Assembly (NCBI RefSeq): GCF_036365525.1
Contig: NC_090409.1
Span: forward strand, 40,930,437-40,994,436
Direction of reading: 5' to 3'
From: Heterodontus francisci
Lineage: Eukaryota
Length of the DNA stretch: 64,000 nt
The first letter of the stretch is position 1; each line of letters begins with the position of its first letter. Under the pieces are notes generated by a model. The model was given only the letters and a program-made list of their open reading frames with translations. It had not been told where the DNA came from and did not search any database. Both the position numbers and the translations under genes were made by a program. Below are positions 1-12,300 of the stretch, piece after piece.

Positions 1-484
1 ATAAATGTTGGAACCACGCAGTGGATCTTGAGATCGGTTGGATTCACGACAAGATCTCTCATGGTAAAGGTGAGGTGAGGCAATGATGTTTCTGCTTTTA
101 ACTGGGACAGAGATATCTCGCTAATTTCTGTCGCTTTCTACTCGGGAATTTAAGGTCAATGTTACTTTAAACATTGTTGGATGTCTTAAATATTTTGCAG
201 GAGCAATATTTAGATTTTAAGAATTGAATTGTCCACTAAGAAACAAGATTATACTTTATTTTTCCAGAACTGTTAATGTTGAGACTGTCTCTCACCATGC
301 ATTGCGTGGTCAGTTCTGAATAAACTTTGACGTAATTTCGAAATTATGTTGTCTCGAAGTCTTCTGTGTCGCAAACCCGAGAGCCCGCCTCTGTACACTC
401 TTCAGTGGGGAGGTGTGTTATTGAGGAGAGATGCTCGGACCCTGGTAATGTCCAGGTTGTTATGATCTGTCTGAAACTTGTTTC

Positions 485-1240
485 AGGTATACAGTAAATG
501 GCAGAACCCTTAGGAGTATTGACAGGCAGAGAGATCTGGGCGTACAGGTCCACAGGTCACTGAAAGTGGCAACGCAGGTGGATAAGGTAGTCAAGAAGGC
601 ATACGGCATGCTTGCCTTCATCGGTCGGGGCATAGAGTATAAAAATTGGCAAGTCATGTGGCAGCTGTACAGAACCTTAGTTAGGCCTCACTTAGAATAT
701 TGCGTGCAATTCTGGTCGCCACACTACCAGAAGGACGTGGAGGCTGTGGAGAGGGTACAGAGGAGGTTTACCAGGATGTTGCCTGTTCTGGAGGGCATTA
801 GCTTTGAGGAGAGGTTGGATAAACTCGGATTGTTTTCACTGGAACGACGGAGGTGGAGGGGCGACATGATAGAGGTTTTACAAAGTTATGAGCGGCATGG
901 ACAGAGTGGATAGTCAGAAGCTTTTTCCCAGGGTGGAAGAGTCAGTTACTAGGGGACATAGGTTTAAGGTGCGAGGGGCAAAGTTTAGAGGGGATGTGCG
1001 AGGCAAGTTTTTTTACACAGAGGGTGGTGAGTGCCTGGAACTTGCTGCCGGGGGAGGTGGTGGAAGCAGGTACGATAGCGACGTTTAAGAGGCATCTTGA
1101 CAAATGCATGAAGAGGATGGGAATAGAGGGATACGGTCCCCGGAAGTGCAGAAGGTTTTAGTTTAGGCAGGCATCAAGATCGGCGCAGGCTTGGAGGGCC
1201 GAATGGCCTGTTCCTGTGCTGTGCTGTTCTTTGTTCTTTG
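485..1240 (+). mobile_element. 5'-truncated CR1 LINE (ORF2 C-terminus and 3' UTR), frameshifted
   Basis: [25 protein letters not shown] and [10 protein letters not shown] motifs; closely similar to 60263-61010. Confidence 0.93.
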
Positions 1241-1279
1241 AGGTTGATTTTAAGAGCTCGCCACCACTCCTGTCACCTG

Positions 1280-2480
1280 TCGATGTTCCAAGAGACTTGG
1301 GTGTGTTTGTACAAGGAATGCAGACGGGTTAGCATGTGGGTGTCGCACACAGTGAGGAAGGTAAATAGCATGTTCAGCCTGATGGCAAAGGGGATTGGAT
1401 TACAGGAATAAGAGAAAGGATATACTTGCACTGGAGGTGGGTGCAGGGAAGGTTCACTGGATGGGTCACTGGGAATGAGGGCGTTGTCCTGTGTGTGAGA
1501 GGCTGAGTAAATCGGGCCTGTATTCCCTGAACATATAAGATTCTGAAGGCGTCGGATAGGGTAGAGGCTGAGAGATTATTTCCGCTGGTCGGGGAATCTA
1601 GAACGCGGGGACACGGTCTCAGGGCGATGGGGAACGGACGGGGAAAAATGGATTGAATCCTAAGATCGGACCATTCCGCTATTTCGAGTGCAACGCGAGG
1701 AAAAACGTCTTTACGCAGCGGGTGTCTGGGATGTGGAATTGGTTGCCTGAGAGCCTGGTGGAGGCAGGTTCGAGCGGGGCTTTCAAAAGGGGATTGGCTA
1801 ATTTCCTGCAGAGTGAACATTTGGAGTGGTGAGGTGGGGGGAGTGGGGACGAGGCGAATTGCTCCTGCCGAGAGCCGGCACAGGCGCGACGGGCCGAAAG
1901 GACTGCGTAACCGTTGCCCGGTTTCTGTGAATTGGTCTCTGTGTACGTTCTTTTATGACTGCTGTCTGCTGAGCCCCCCCCCCCCAGGCGCTCTACCTGC
2001 TCATCGCTTTGCAATGCGGTTGATTCAGATTCAACAAGCATTCCTCAGCTCACTTTTTGTCTGAAAAAGAAAAACACTTTTGCGTCTGATCTCACGTAAA
2101 TTGCAAAATACTTTTTAGTTTTAGAAACAATTTCAGGTGGGCGGGACACACCTTTCCGGCACAACGCTTCCCCTCAGCTGCATCATTACAATGGTGCGGC
2201 AAAAGAGTGAGTCCATTCGGCCCATTGTCCCTGTGCTAGCTCTTTGAAAGATCTATCCAGTTAGTCCCCACTCAACCACCCCCCCCGCCCCGCTGCTCCG
2301 TCCCCTGTTCGCCCTGCAAATTTTTCCCCTTCACGTATCCATCCGATTCCCCCGGGACCATTCCAGTAAATCTCCCTCCGCACCCTCTCCAAGGACACGA
2401 CACCCGTCCTGAAGTGTGTGGGGACCGGAATTGGACGCAGCGCTCCAGCTGGGGACTGACCGGGGATTTATATCTGCTCA
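1280..2480. mobile_element. Degenerate CR1 3' fragments (both orientations)
   Basis: Decayed DLGV, RRFTR, RVV..WN.LP segments and 3' UTR gggccgaagg motifs. Confidence 0.65.
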
Positions 2481-2621
2481 TTTCCCCCGGCTCTCTCCCC
2501 AGGTTCCTGCCTGTCAGGGCTTTAAAGATATGGGGTTGGGTCAAACGTAGCACTTCCCTGAGAGGACTGTCCTGAACAGCTGGATAAACGCATGAGGGAG
2601 AAAGGAATAGAATGATATGAA

Positions 2622-3295
2622 GCAGTACTGAGGGAGTGCCGCACTGTCCGAGGGTCAGTACTGAGGGAGTGCTGCACTGTCGGAGGGTCAGTACTGAGGG
2701 AGTGCTGCACTGTCGGAGGGTCAGTACTGAGGGAATGCTGCACTGTCGGAGGGTCAGTACTGAGGGAGTGCTGCACTATCGGAGGGTCTGTACTGAGGGA
2801 GTGCTGCACTGTCGGAGGGTCTGTACTGAGGGAGTGCTGCACTGTCGGAGGGTCAGTACTGAGGGAGTGCTGCACTGTCGGAGGGTCAGTACTGAGGGAG
2901 TGCTGCACTGTCGGAGGGTCAGTACTGAGGGAGTGCTGCACTGTCTGGGGTGCCATCTTTCAGATGAGACATTAAACCGAGGCCCCCGTCTGCCCTCTCA
3001 GGTGGTTGTAAAAGATCCCACGGCCCCTATTTGGAAGAGGAGCAGGGGGGGGAGTTCTCCCCGGTGTCCTGGGGACAATATTTATCCCTGAACCGACATC
3101 ATTAAAAAAAAACCAGATGATCTGGGGCATTATCACATTGCTGCTTGTGGGATCTTGCTGTGCATCAATCAGCTGCCACGTTTCCTGGATTATAACAGTG
3201 ACCACACTTCAAAAGAAGTCCTTCATCGGCTCTGAGGCACTGGGGGATGTCCTGAGGTGGTGATGTCTTTGGTGAAAGGCGCTAGAGAAATGTAA
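2622..3295 (+). mobile_element. Deu-domain SINE (SacSINE1/AmnSINE-like) with an internal 33-bp tandem expansion (2622-2945)
   Basis: Unit gtactgagggagtgctgcactgtcggagggtca about 10 times, followed by the Deu core tgcc.tctttc.gatgagac.ttaaaccgaggcccc...aaagatccca. Confidence 0.8.
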
Positions 3296-3318
3296 TTTTT
3301 TTTCCCTTTCTTGCAGAC

Positions 3319-3382
3319 ATGAACGTGATTGGAACAGTAATTGGGTTCTCTTTGATTCTCCAGACTGTTTCTGCTGCAGAAG
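3319..3382 (+). CDS. Gene A signal-peptide exon
   Basis: Acceptor tttcttgcag ends at 3316, ATG at 3319, hydrophobic MNVIGTVIGFSLILQTVSAAE, donor AAG|gtaagc (phase 1). Confidence 0.8.
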
Positions 3383-6300
3383 GTAAGCTGCTTCACCCAG
3401 TACCAGTTCACAGGTACGTCAAAGAGCTTTGTGACCGTCGGGTGGGTTGGGGGGGTGGGGGGTTCAGGTGGCACCTCAAGGTCAGAGGTTGCGGGGGTGC
3501 CCCTGCAAACGGACGGTGCAAGTGCCTCAGCATTAATAGCCTGAAAAGACAGGCAACAGCAGATGGGTTGTGAATCGAGTTCAGAGTCACTGAAGCTGCA
3601 TTATCCAGTCTGACATTCCCTATACCGGCACTGAGGAGTCACTGTACTGTCAGAGGATCAGTGGGGTTAGTTTTGGGATTGATACAGGGCTATGGGGAGA
3701 GAGCGGGGCAGTGGGATTAGTTTGGGGATTGATACAGGGCTATGGGGAGAGAGCGGGGCAGTGGGATTAGTTTGGGGATTGATACGGGGCTATGGGGAGA
3801 GAGTGGGGCAGTGGGATTAGTTTGGGGATTGATACAGGGCTATGGGGAGAGAGCGGGGCAGTGGGATTAGTTTGGGGATTGATACGGGGCTATGGGGCGA
3901 GAGCGGGGCAGTGGGATTAGTTTGGGGATTGTTACAGGGCTATGGGGAGAGAGCGGGGCAGTGGGATTAGTTTGGGGATTGATACAGGGCTATGGGGAGA
4001 GAGCGGGGCAGTGGGATTCGTTTCTTCGAATCCTTCTACAAGGTACTTTTTCAAACAACTATTAGTAAAAACGCAAGGCAAAGTGACCCTTTACAGAGGC
4101 CTCACACAGTGGAGGAGAGACAAAAGGAGAGACAAGGAGCTGACTTACAGAACAATCAAAGGGACAAAGTCTACAATCACCGTCCCCAAGTGCCATTGCA
4201 CGCTAACCCCCGAGGGGGAAACAAAACAATTGCATTCAGTCCTTCACCAACAACCGAAAGCAACATACTGAACCAGACCGCAGAGAAAATCAGACAGACG
4301 CAAGAATGTGGAATATAGCTGACCAACTCGCTGTGGGTTATCTCCAATTTAATTTACTCGAATTTTTATCTTTAACTTCAATGTTTATTCCTCTCACCCT
4401 CTCTTGCAGCTGTCGGTAATTTTTGTGTGCACAGATTAATCATTTTGAAGTGAAAAACACTCGTTTACTGAGTCCGAACTGGCTGCTGACAGTGACAATC
4501 ATGTCTGTTTTTTTGTTCTCCCTTTTTGTCCGTGTTCTGAGCACCTCACCAGCTCTTGTGCTTCGGCAGGAGATGGGTAGCACTTCCAGATTCCATCCCT
4601 TCTTTCTCATCGTTTTGATCAGTTTTTAATGCTTATCTGTTAGGTTATAGCGGAGGATGCAGAGAGGTTGCAAAGAGTTCTAGACAGGTTAAGTGAGTGG
4701 ACAAATGGAGTATAATGTAGGGAAGTGTGAAGTTGTTCACTTTGGTCGTTAAAATAGAAAAGCAGAATATTTTTTAAAAGGTGTGAAACTGGTGAGTGTT
4801 GATGTTCAGAGAGACTTGGGGGTACACGTACAAGGAACGCTCAAAGTTAACATGCAAGTGCAGCAGGCTATTCGGAAGGCAAGTGGCATGTTGGCCTTTA
4901 TGGCAAGGGGATTGGAGTACAGGAATAAAAAAGTCTTACTAAAATTGTACATGGCTTTGGTGAGACCGCATCTGGAATACTGTGTTCAGTTTCAGTCTCC
5001 ATATTTGAGAAAGGATAGACTTGTACCAGAGGCAGTGCAGTGAAGATTTACTGAATTGGTCCCTGGGATTTGTTTGGGATTGATACAGGGATATGGGGAG
5101 AGAGTGGGTCACTGGAGTTAGTTTGTGGAGAGGAATAAAGCCAAAAAGACTTGCAGGTTGGTAGGTTAATTGGCCATTATAAATTGCCCCTAGTATGGGT
5201 AGGTGGTAGGGAAATATAGGGACAGGTGGGGATGTGGTAGGAATATGGGATTAGTGTAGGATTAGTGTAAATGGGTGGTTGATGGTCGGCACAGACTCGG
5301 TGGGCCGAAGGGCCTGTTTCAGTGCTGTATCTCTAAACTAACCTAAAACTAAACAGGAGAGAGAGAAAGCTGAGGGGTGACCTGATTGAGGTCTTTAAAA
5401 TGATGGAGGGGTTTCGATCGGGTAGACGTAGAGAGGATGTTTCCACTTGTGGGGGGAGAGACCAGAACTCGGGTCCATCAATATAAGAGAGTCACTAATA
5501 AATCCGATGGGGAATTCCGGAGAAACCTCTTTCCCCAGAGAGTGGTGAGAATGTGGAACTCGCTCCCACAGGGAGTGGTTGAGGTGAATAGTATCGATGT
5601 ATTTAAGGGGGAAGCTGGATAAACACACGAGGGAGAAAGGAATAGAAGGATATGGTGATAGGGTGAGATGGAGAGAGGGGGCGGGTGGGAGGAGGCTCGT
5701 GTGGGGCAGAAACACCAGCACGGGAGCAGATGGGCCGAACGGCCTGTTTCTGTGCTGGAAATTCTTTATTACTCGATGTCCGGCATTGAGATATTGACCA
5801 GAACTGGCTCTTTCTGTTTCAGATGTGCAAAGTGCGTGCAGGGGCAACTCACTGACGATGACTTTCCGGAAATGTGTACACAACTCTACACGCCCTGTGT
5901 TGAAGAAGAAGCTGAAAACAATTTGTAGTTTTGTCACCTGCACCGATAAATCCTACAGGGTGTACTTTAACAAGTCTGAATGTTTCAATGTCGATATTCC
6001 AAAGTTTTCAGACACACATGCCGACAATTACTTCTTAGAACACGGAACAAACGAGCCGCAAATAACAAAGGGACTCCGGGTGCAAAGTGAGTGTGAAAAG
6101 AATAATCTTTAACCCAAACTCCGAGTCCTTGGAGAGGGTGCGGAGGGAGATTTACCGGAATGGTCCCAGGGATGAGGGACTTCAGTCAATGTGGAGAGAC
6201 TGGGAGAAGCTGGGATTGTTCTCCTTAGAGCAGAGAAGGTTAAGGGGGGAGATTTAATCGAGGCGTTCAAAATCATGAGGGGGTTTTGATGGAGTAAATG

Positions 6301-9300
6301 AGGAGAAACTGTCCCCAGTGGCGGGAGGGTCGGTAACCAGAGGGACACAGATTGAGGATAATCGGTAAAAGAACCAGAGAGGGGCGGGGAGAGGAGGAGA
6401 ATTTTTTTGACGCAGTGAGTTGTTGTGATCTGGAACGCGCTGCCTGAAAGGGCGGTGGAAGCAGATTCAATAGTAACTTTCAAAAGGGGGGAATTGGAGA
6501 AATGCTCCTCGTTTTCAAATAAAATCAGAAAATGCTGAAAATACTCGGGGGGTCAGACAGCAACTGTGAAGAGAAACACAGAGTTAACATTTCAGATGTC
6601 TGTAGTATTTTGCTTTTGACCTCGATGTTAAAATTCTTATCCTTCTTTTCAAATCCGTCACTGGCCTCCCTTCACCCTCTCCCTATCTCTGTAACCTCCT
6701 CCAGCCCCTACAACCCTCCCTATCTCTGTAACCTCCTCCAGCCTCCACAACGCTCCCTATCTCTGTAACCTCCTCCAGCCCATACAACCCTCCCTATCTC
6801 TGTAACCTCCTCCAGCCCCTACAACCCTCCCTATCTCTGTAACCTCCTCCAGCCCCGACAACCCTCCCTATCTCTGTAACCTCCTCCAGCCCCTACAACC
6901 CTCCCTATCTCTGTAACCTCCTCCAGCCCCGACAACACCTCCCTATCTCTGTAACCTCCTCCAGCCCCTACAACCCTCCGAGATCTCTGCGCTCCCTCCA
7001 ATTCCGCCCTCTCGCCCATCCCCCCGATTCCCATCACTCCACCATTGGCGGCCGTGCCTTCAGCTGCCTGGGGGCCCTAAGCTCTGGAATTCCCTCCCTA
7101 AACCTCTCCGCCTCTCTCTCTCTCTCTCCTCCTTTAAGATGCTCCTTAAAAAAACCGACCTCTCTGACTGAGCTTTTGGTCGCCGGTCCCTGATATCTCC
7201 TGACGTGGCTCAGGGGTCAGAATATGTCTGATTTACACTCCTGTGAAACACCTTGGGACATTTTACTACGTCAAAAGTGCAACATAAATGCAGGGTGTTG
7301 TTGTTTTGCTACTCTTCTGGTGAAATCAGTGGACGGAAAATCTGTTAGCTTCAAAAACAATCATGAAATCCAACTCATTAGATTAGCATAATATAAAAGC
7401 AAAATACTGCGGATGCTGGAAATCTGAAATAAAAACAGGAAATGCTGGAAATACTCAGCAGGTCTGGCAGCATCTGCGGAGAGAGAAGCCGAGTTAACGT
7501 TTCGGGTCAGTGACCCTTCTTCGGAACTGACAAATATTAGAAATGTAAAAGGTTTGAATCGAGTAAAGCAGGGGGTGGGGCAAGAGATAACAAAGGAGAA
7601 GGTGTTGATCGGACAGGGTCACAGAGAATAACTGACCAGAAGGTCAGAGAGTAAAGACAAACGGTATGTTAAATGTTGTGGGACTACCTTCCATGACGGT
7701 GCTTCTGATATGTCTTCCTTTTTCCTCAACCGAGGATTTCCCCCCACTGTGGTTGACAGGGCCCTCAACCGTGTCCGACCCATTCCCCGCACCTCTACCC
7801 TCATCCCTTCCCCTCCCTCCCAGAACCGTGACAGGGTTCCCCTTGTCCTCACTTTCCACCCCATCAGCCTCCACATCCAAAGGATCATCCTCCGCCATTT
7901 TCGCCACCTCCAGCGTGATGCCACTACCAGTCGCATCTTCCCTTCCCTTCCCCTGTCAGCATTCTGTCCCTCCGTGACACCCTGGTCCACTCCTCCATTA
8001 CCCCCACCACCTCATCCCCTGCCCATGGCACCTTCCCCTGCAATCGCAGGAGGTGTAATACCTGCCCATTTACCTCCTCTCTCCTCACTATCCCAGGCCC
8101 CAAACACTCCTTTCAGGTGAAGCAGCGATTTACTTGTACTTCTTTCAATGTAGTATACTGTATTCGCTGCTCACAGTGTGGTCTCCTCTACACTGGGGAG
8201 ACCAAACGCAGACTGGGTGACCGCTTAGCGGAACACCTCCGCTCAGTCCGCAAGCAGGACCCTGAGCTTCCGGTTGCTGGCCATTTCAACACTCCCCCCT
8301 GCTCTCATGCTCACATCTCTGTCCTGGGATTGCTGCAGTGTTCCAGTGAACATCAACGCAAGCTCGAGGAACAGCATCTCATTTATCGATTAGGCACACT
8401 ACAGCCTGCCGGACTGAACATTGAGTTCAATCATTTCAGAGCATGACGGGCCCCCCATTTTACGTTTAGTTATTTTTTTTCTCATTTTTTATTTTTTGTT
8501 GATTTTATTTTATTTTGTTACTACAGCGCCTACCCACTGTTTTGTTTTCATGTTTGTGCTTGGGGCTGTTCAGTTTTCTGTCAATTAACACCCTCTCTGT
8601 ACTAACGCTTTGTCTTTCAACACACCATTGACTCACCCTTTGCCTTTGCTCCATGACCTTCTGGTCAGTTATTCTCTGTGACCTTGTCCCTATCAATACC
8701 TTCTCTTTTGTTACCTCTTGCCCCACCCCCGCTTTACTTGCTTAAAATCTTGTACATTTCTAATATCTGTCACTTCCGAAGAAGGGTCACTGACCTGAAA
8801 CGTTAACTCTGCTTCTCTCTCCACAGATGCTGCCAGAACTGCTGAGTATTTCCAGCATTTCCTGTTTTTAGGTTTTTAGGTTTTAGAGATACAGCACTGA
8901 AACAGGCCCTTCGGCTGACCGAGTCTGTGCCGACCATCAACCACCCATTTATACTAATCCTACACTAATCCCATATTCCTACCACATCCCCACCTGTCCC
9001 TATACTTCCCTACCACCTACCTATACTAGGGGCAATTTATAATGGCCAATTTACCTACCAACCTGCAAGTCTTTTGGCTTGTGGGAGGAAACCGGAGCAC
9101 CCGGAGGAAACCCACGCAGACACAGGGAGAACTTGCAAACTCCACACAGGCAGTACCCGGAATCGAACCCGGGTCGCTGGAGCTGTGAGGCTGCGGTGCT
9201 AACCACTGCGCCACTGTGCTGAATAGGTTAGCACAAGGCTGTGGAGTCTGATCTGTGATCTGTTTAATGGGCACCCTTTATATTCCAGATTGCAGCCTGC

Positions 9301-12300
9301 CCTCTCCAGAAAGTACTGGAGGCACAGTAAATGAGCAGAAAAGACTCAACGCTGCTTCAGGTAAAGAACAGCTGAAGAAATCATGACTGAACTGTTCGAG
9401 GGGTTTTGACAAGACGGGACAAGTCTGTGGAGTGTAATCGAGGGGTTCAGGGTCGATAAATGCAGAATAACAGATACCCGGGAGTGAGTAAAAGACTGGA
9501 ATCTAATCGAGGGGTTCGGTGGGGTTTATATATAGAATAACAGATACCCGGGAGTGAGTTACAGACTGGAATCTAATCGAGGGGTTCGGGGGGTTTATAT
9601 ATAGAATAACAGATACCCGGGAGTGAGTTACAGACTGGAATCTAATCGAGGGGTTCGGGGGGTTTATATATAGAATAACAGATACCCGGGAGTGAGTTAC
9701 AGACTGGAATCTAATCGAGGGGTTCGGGGGGTTTATATATAGAATAACAGATACCCGGGAGTGAGTTACAGACTGGAATCTAATCGAGGGGTTCGGGGGG
9801 TTTATATATAGAATAACAGATACCCGGGAGTGAGTTACAGACTGGAATCGAATCGAGGGGTTCGGGGGGTTTATATATAGAATAACAGATACCCGGGAGT
9901 GAGTTACAGACTGGAATCTAATCGAGGGGTTCGGGGGGTTTATATATAGAATAACTGATACCCGGGAGTGAGTTACAGACTGGAATCTAATCGAGGGGTT
10001 TGGGGTGGTTTATATATAGAATAACAGATACCCGGGAGTGAGTTACAGACTGGAATCTAATCGAGGGGTTCGGTGGGGTTTATATATAGAATAACAGATA
10101 CCCGGGAGTGAGTTACAGACTGGAATCTAATCGAGGGGTTCGGGTGGTTTATATATAGAATAACAGATACCCGGGAGTGAGTTACAGACTGGAATCTATT
10201 CAAGGGGTTCGGGGGGTTTATATATAGAATAACAGATACCCGGGAGTGAGTTACAGACTGGAATCTAATCGAGGGGTTCGGGGGGTTTATATATAGAATA
10301 ACAGATACCCGGGAGTGAGTTACAGACTGGAAACTAATCGAGGGGTTCGGTGGGGTTTATATATAGAATAACAGATACCCGGGAGTGAGTTACAGACTGG
10401 AATCTAATCGAGGGGATAATATATAGAATAACAAATACCCGGGAGTGAGTTACAGACTGGAATCTAATCGAGGAGTTCGGGTGGTTTTATATAGAATAAC
10501 AGATACCCGGGAGTGAGTTACAGACTGGAATCTAATCGAGGGGTTCGGGTGGTTTATATATCGAATAACAGATACCCGGGCGTGAGTTGCAGACTGGAAT
10601 CTAATCGAGGGGTTGGGTGGGTTTATATATAGAATAACAGATACCCGGGAGTGAGTTACAGACTGGAATCTAATCGAGGGGTTGGGGGGGTTTATATATA
10701 GAATAACAGATACCCGGGAGTGAGTTACAGACTGGAATCTAATCGAGGGGTCCGGGGGGTTTATATATAGAATAGCAGATATCCGGGAGTGAGTTACAGA
10801 CTGGAATCTTATCGAGGGGTTCGGGTGGTTTATATATAGAATAACAGATACCCGGGAGTGAGTTACAGACTGGAATCTAATCGAGGGGTTCGGGGGGTTT
10901 ACATATAGAATAACAGATATCCGGGAGTGAGTTACAGACTGGAATCTAATCGAGGGGTTCGGGTGGTTTATATATAGAATAACAGATACCCGGGAGTGAG
11001 TTACAGACTGGAATCTAATCGAGGGGTTCGGGTGGTTTATATATAGAATAACAGATATCCGGGAGTGAGTTACAGACTGGAATCTAATCGAGGGGTTCGG
11101 GTGGTTTATATATAGAATAACAGATACCCGGGAGGGAGTGACAGACTGGAAACTAATCGAGGGGTTCGGGGGGTTTATATATAGAATAACAGATACCCGG
11201 GAGGGAGTGACAGACTGGAAACTAATCGAGGGGTTCGGTGGGGTTTATATATGGAATAACAGATAACCGGGAGTGAGTTATAGACTGGAATCGTATCGAG
11301 GGGTTCGGGGGGTTTATATATAGAATAACAGATACCCGGGAGTGAGTTACAGACTGGAATCTAATCGAGGGGTTCGGGGGATTTATATATAGAATAACAG
11401 ATACCCGGGAGTGAGTTACAGACTGGAAACTAATCGAGGGGTTCGGTGGGGTTTATATATAGAATAACAGATACCCGGGAGTGAGTTACAGACTGGAATC
11501 TAATCGAGGGGTTTATATATAGAATAACAAATACCCGGGAGTGAGTTACAGACTGGAATCTAATCGAGGGGTTCGGTGGGGTTTATATATAGAATAACAG
11601 ATACCCGGGAGTGAGTTACAGACTGGAATCTAATCGAGGGGTTTATATATAGAATAACAGATACCCGGGAGTGAGTTACAGACTGGAATCTAATCGAGGG
11701 GTTCGGGTGGTTTATATATCGAATAACAGATACCCGGGAGTGAGTTACAGACTGGAATCTAATCGAGGGGTTCGGGTGGTTTATATATCGAATAACAGAT
11801 ACCCGGGAGTGAGTTACAGACTGGAATCTAATCGAGGGGTTCGGGTGGTTTATATATCGAATAACAGATACCCGGGAGTGAGTTACAGACTGGAATCTAA
11901 TCGAGGGGTTCGGGGGGGTTTATATATAGAATAACAGAAACCCGGGAGTGAGTTACAGACTGGAATATCATCGAGGGGTTCGGGTGGTTTATATATAGAA
12001 TAACAGAAACCCGGGAGTGAGTTACAGACTGGAATCTAATCAAGGGGTTCGGGTGGTTTATATATAGAATAAAAGAAACCCGGGAGTGAGTTACAGACTG
12101 GAATCTAATTGAGGGGTTCGGGGGGTTTATATATAGAATAACAGATACCCGAGAGTGAGTAACAGACTGGAATCTAATCGAGGGGTTCGGGGGGTTTATA
12201 TATAGAATAACAGATACCCGGGAGTGAGTTACAGACTGGAATCTAATCGAGGGGTTCGAGGGGTTTACATAGAGAATAACAGATACCCGGAAGTGAGTTA

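Noticed and set aside
1-76. Possible 5' UTR exon of gene A (donors at 64 and 70)
   Set aside because: Only a donor motif at the window edge; the upstream ATG would form a tiny uORF; insufficient evidence.
3942-4318. Two overlapping ORFs of about 108 aa in intron 1 of gene A
   Set aside because: They start inside the 50-bp repeat; phase-1 splicing into the candidate acceptor near 4042 hits a stop within 8 codons; no recognisable domain.
9140-9219. tRNA gene-like A/B boxes (also near 22030-22096 and 46275-46355)
   Set aside because: These are heads of tRNA-derived SINEs continuous with SINE bodies.
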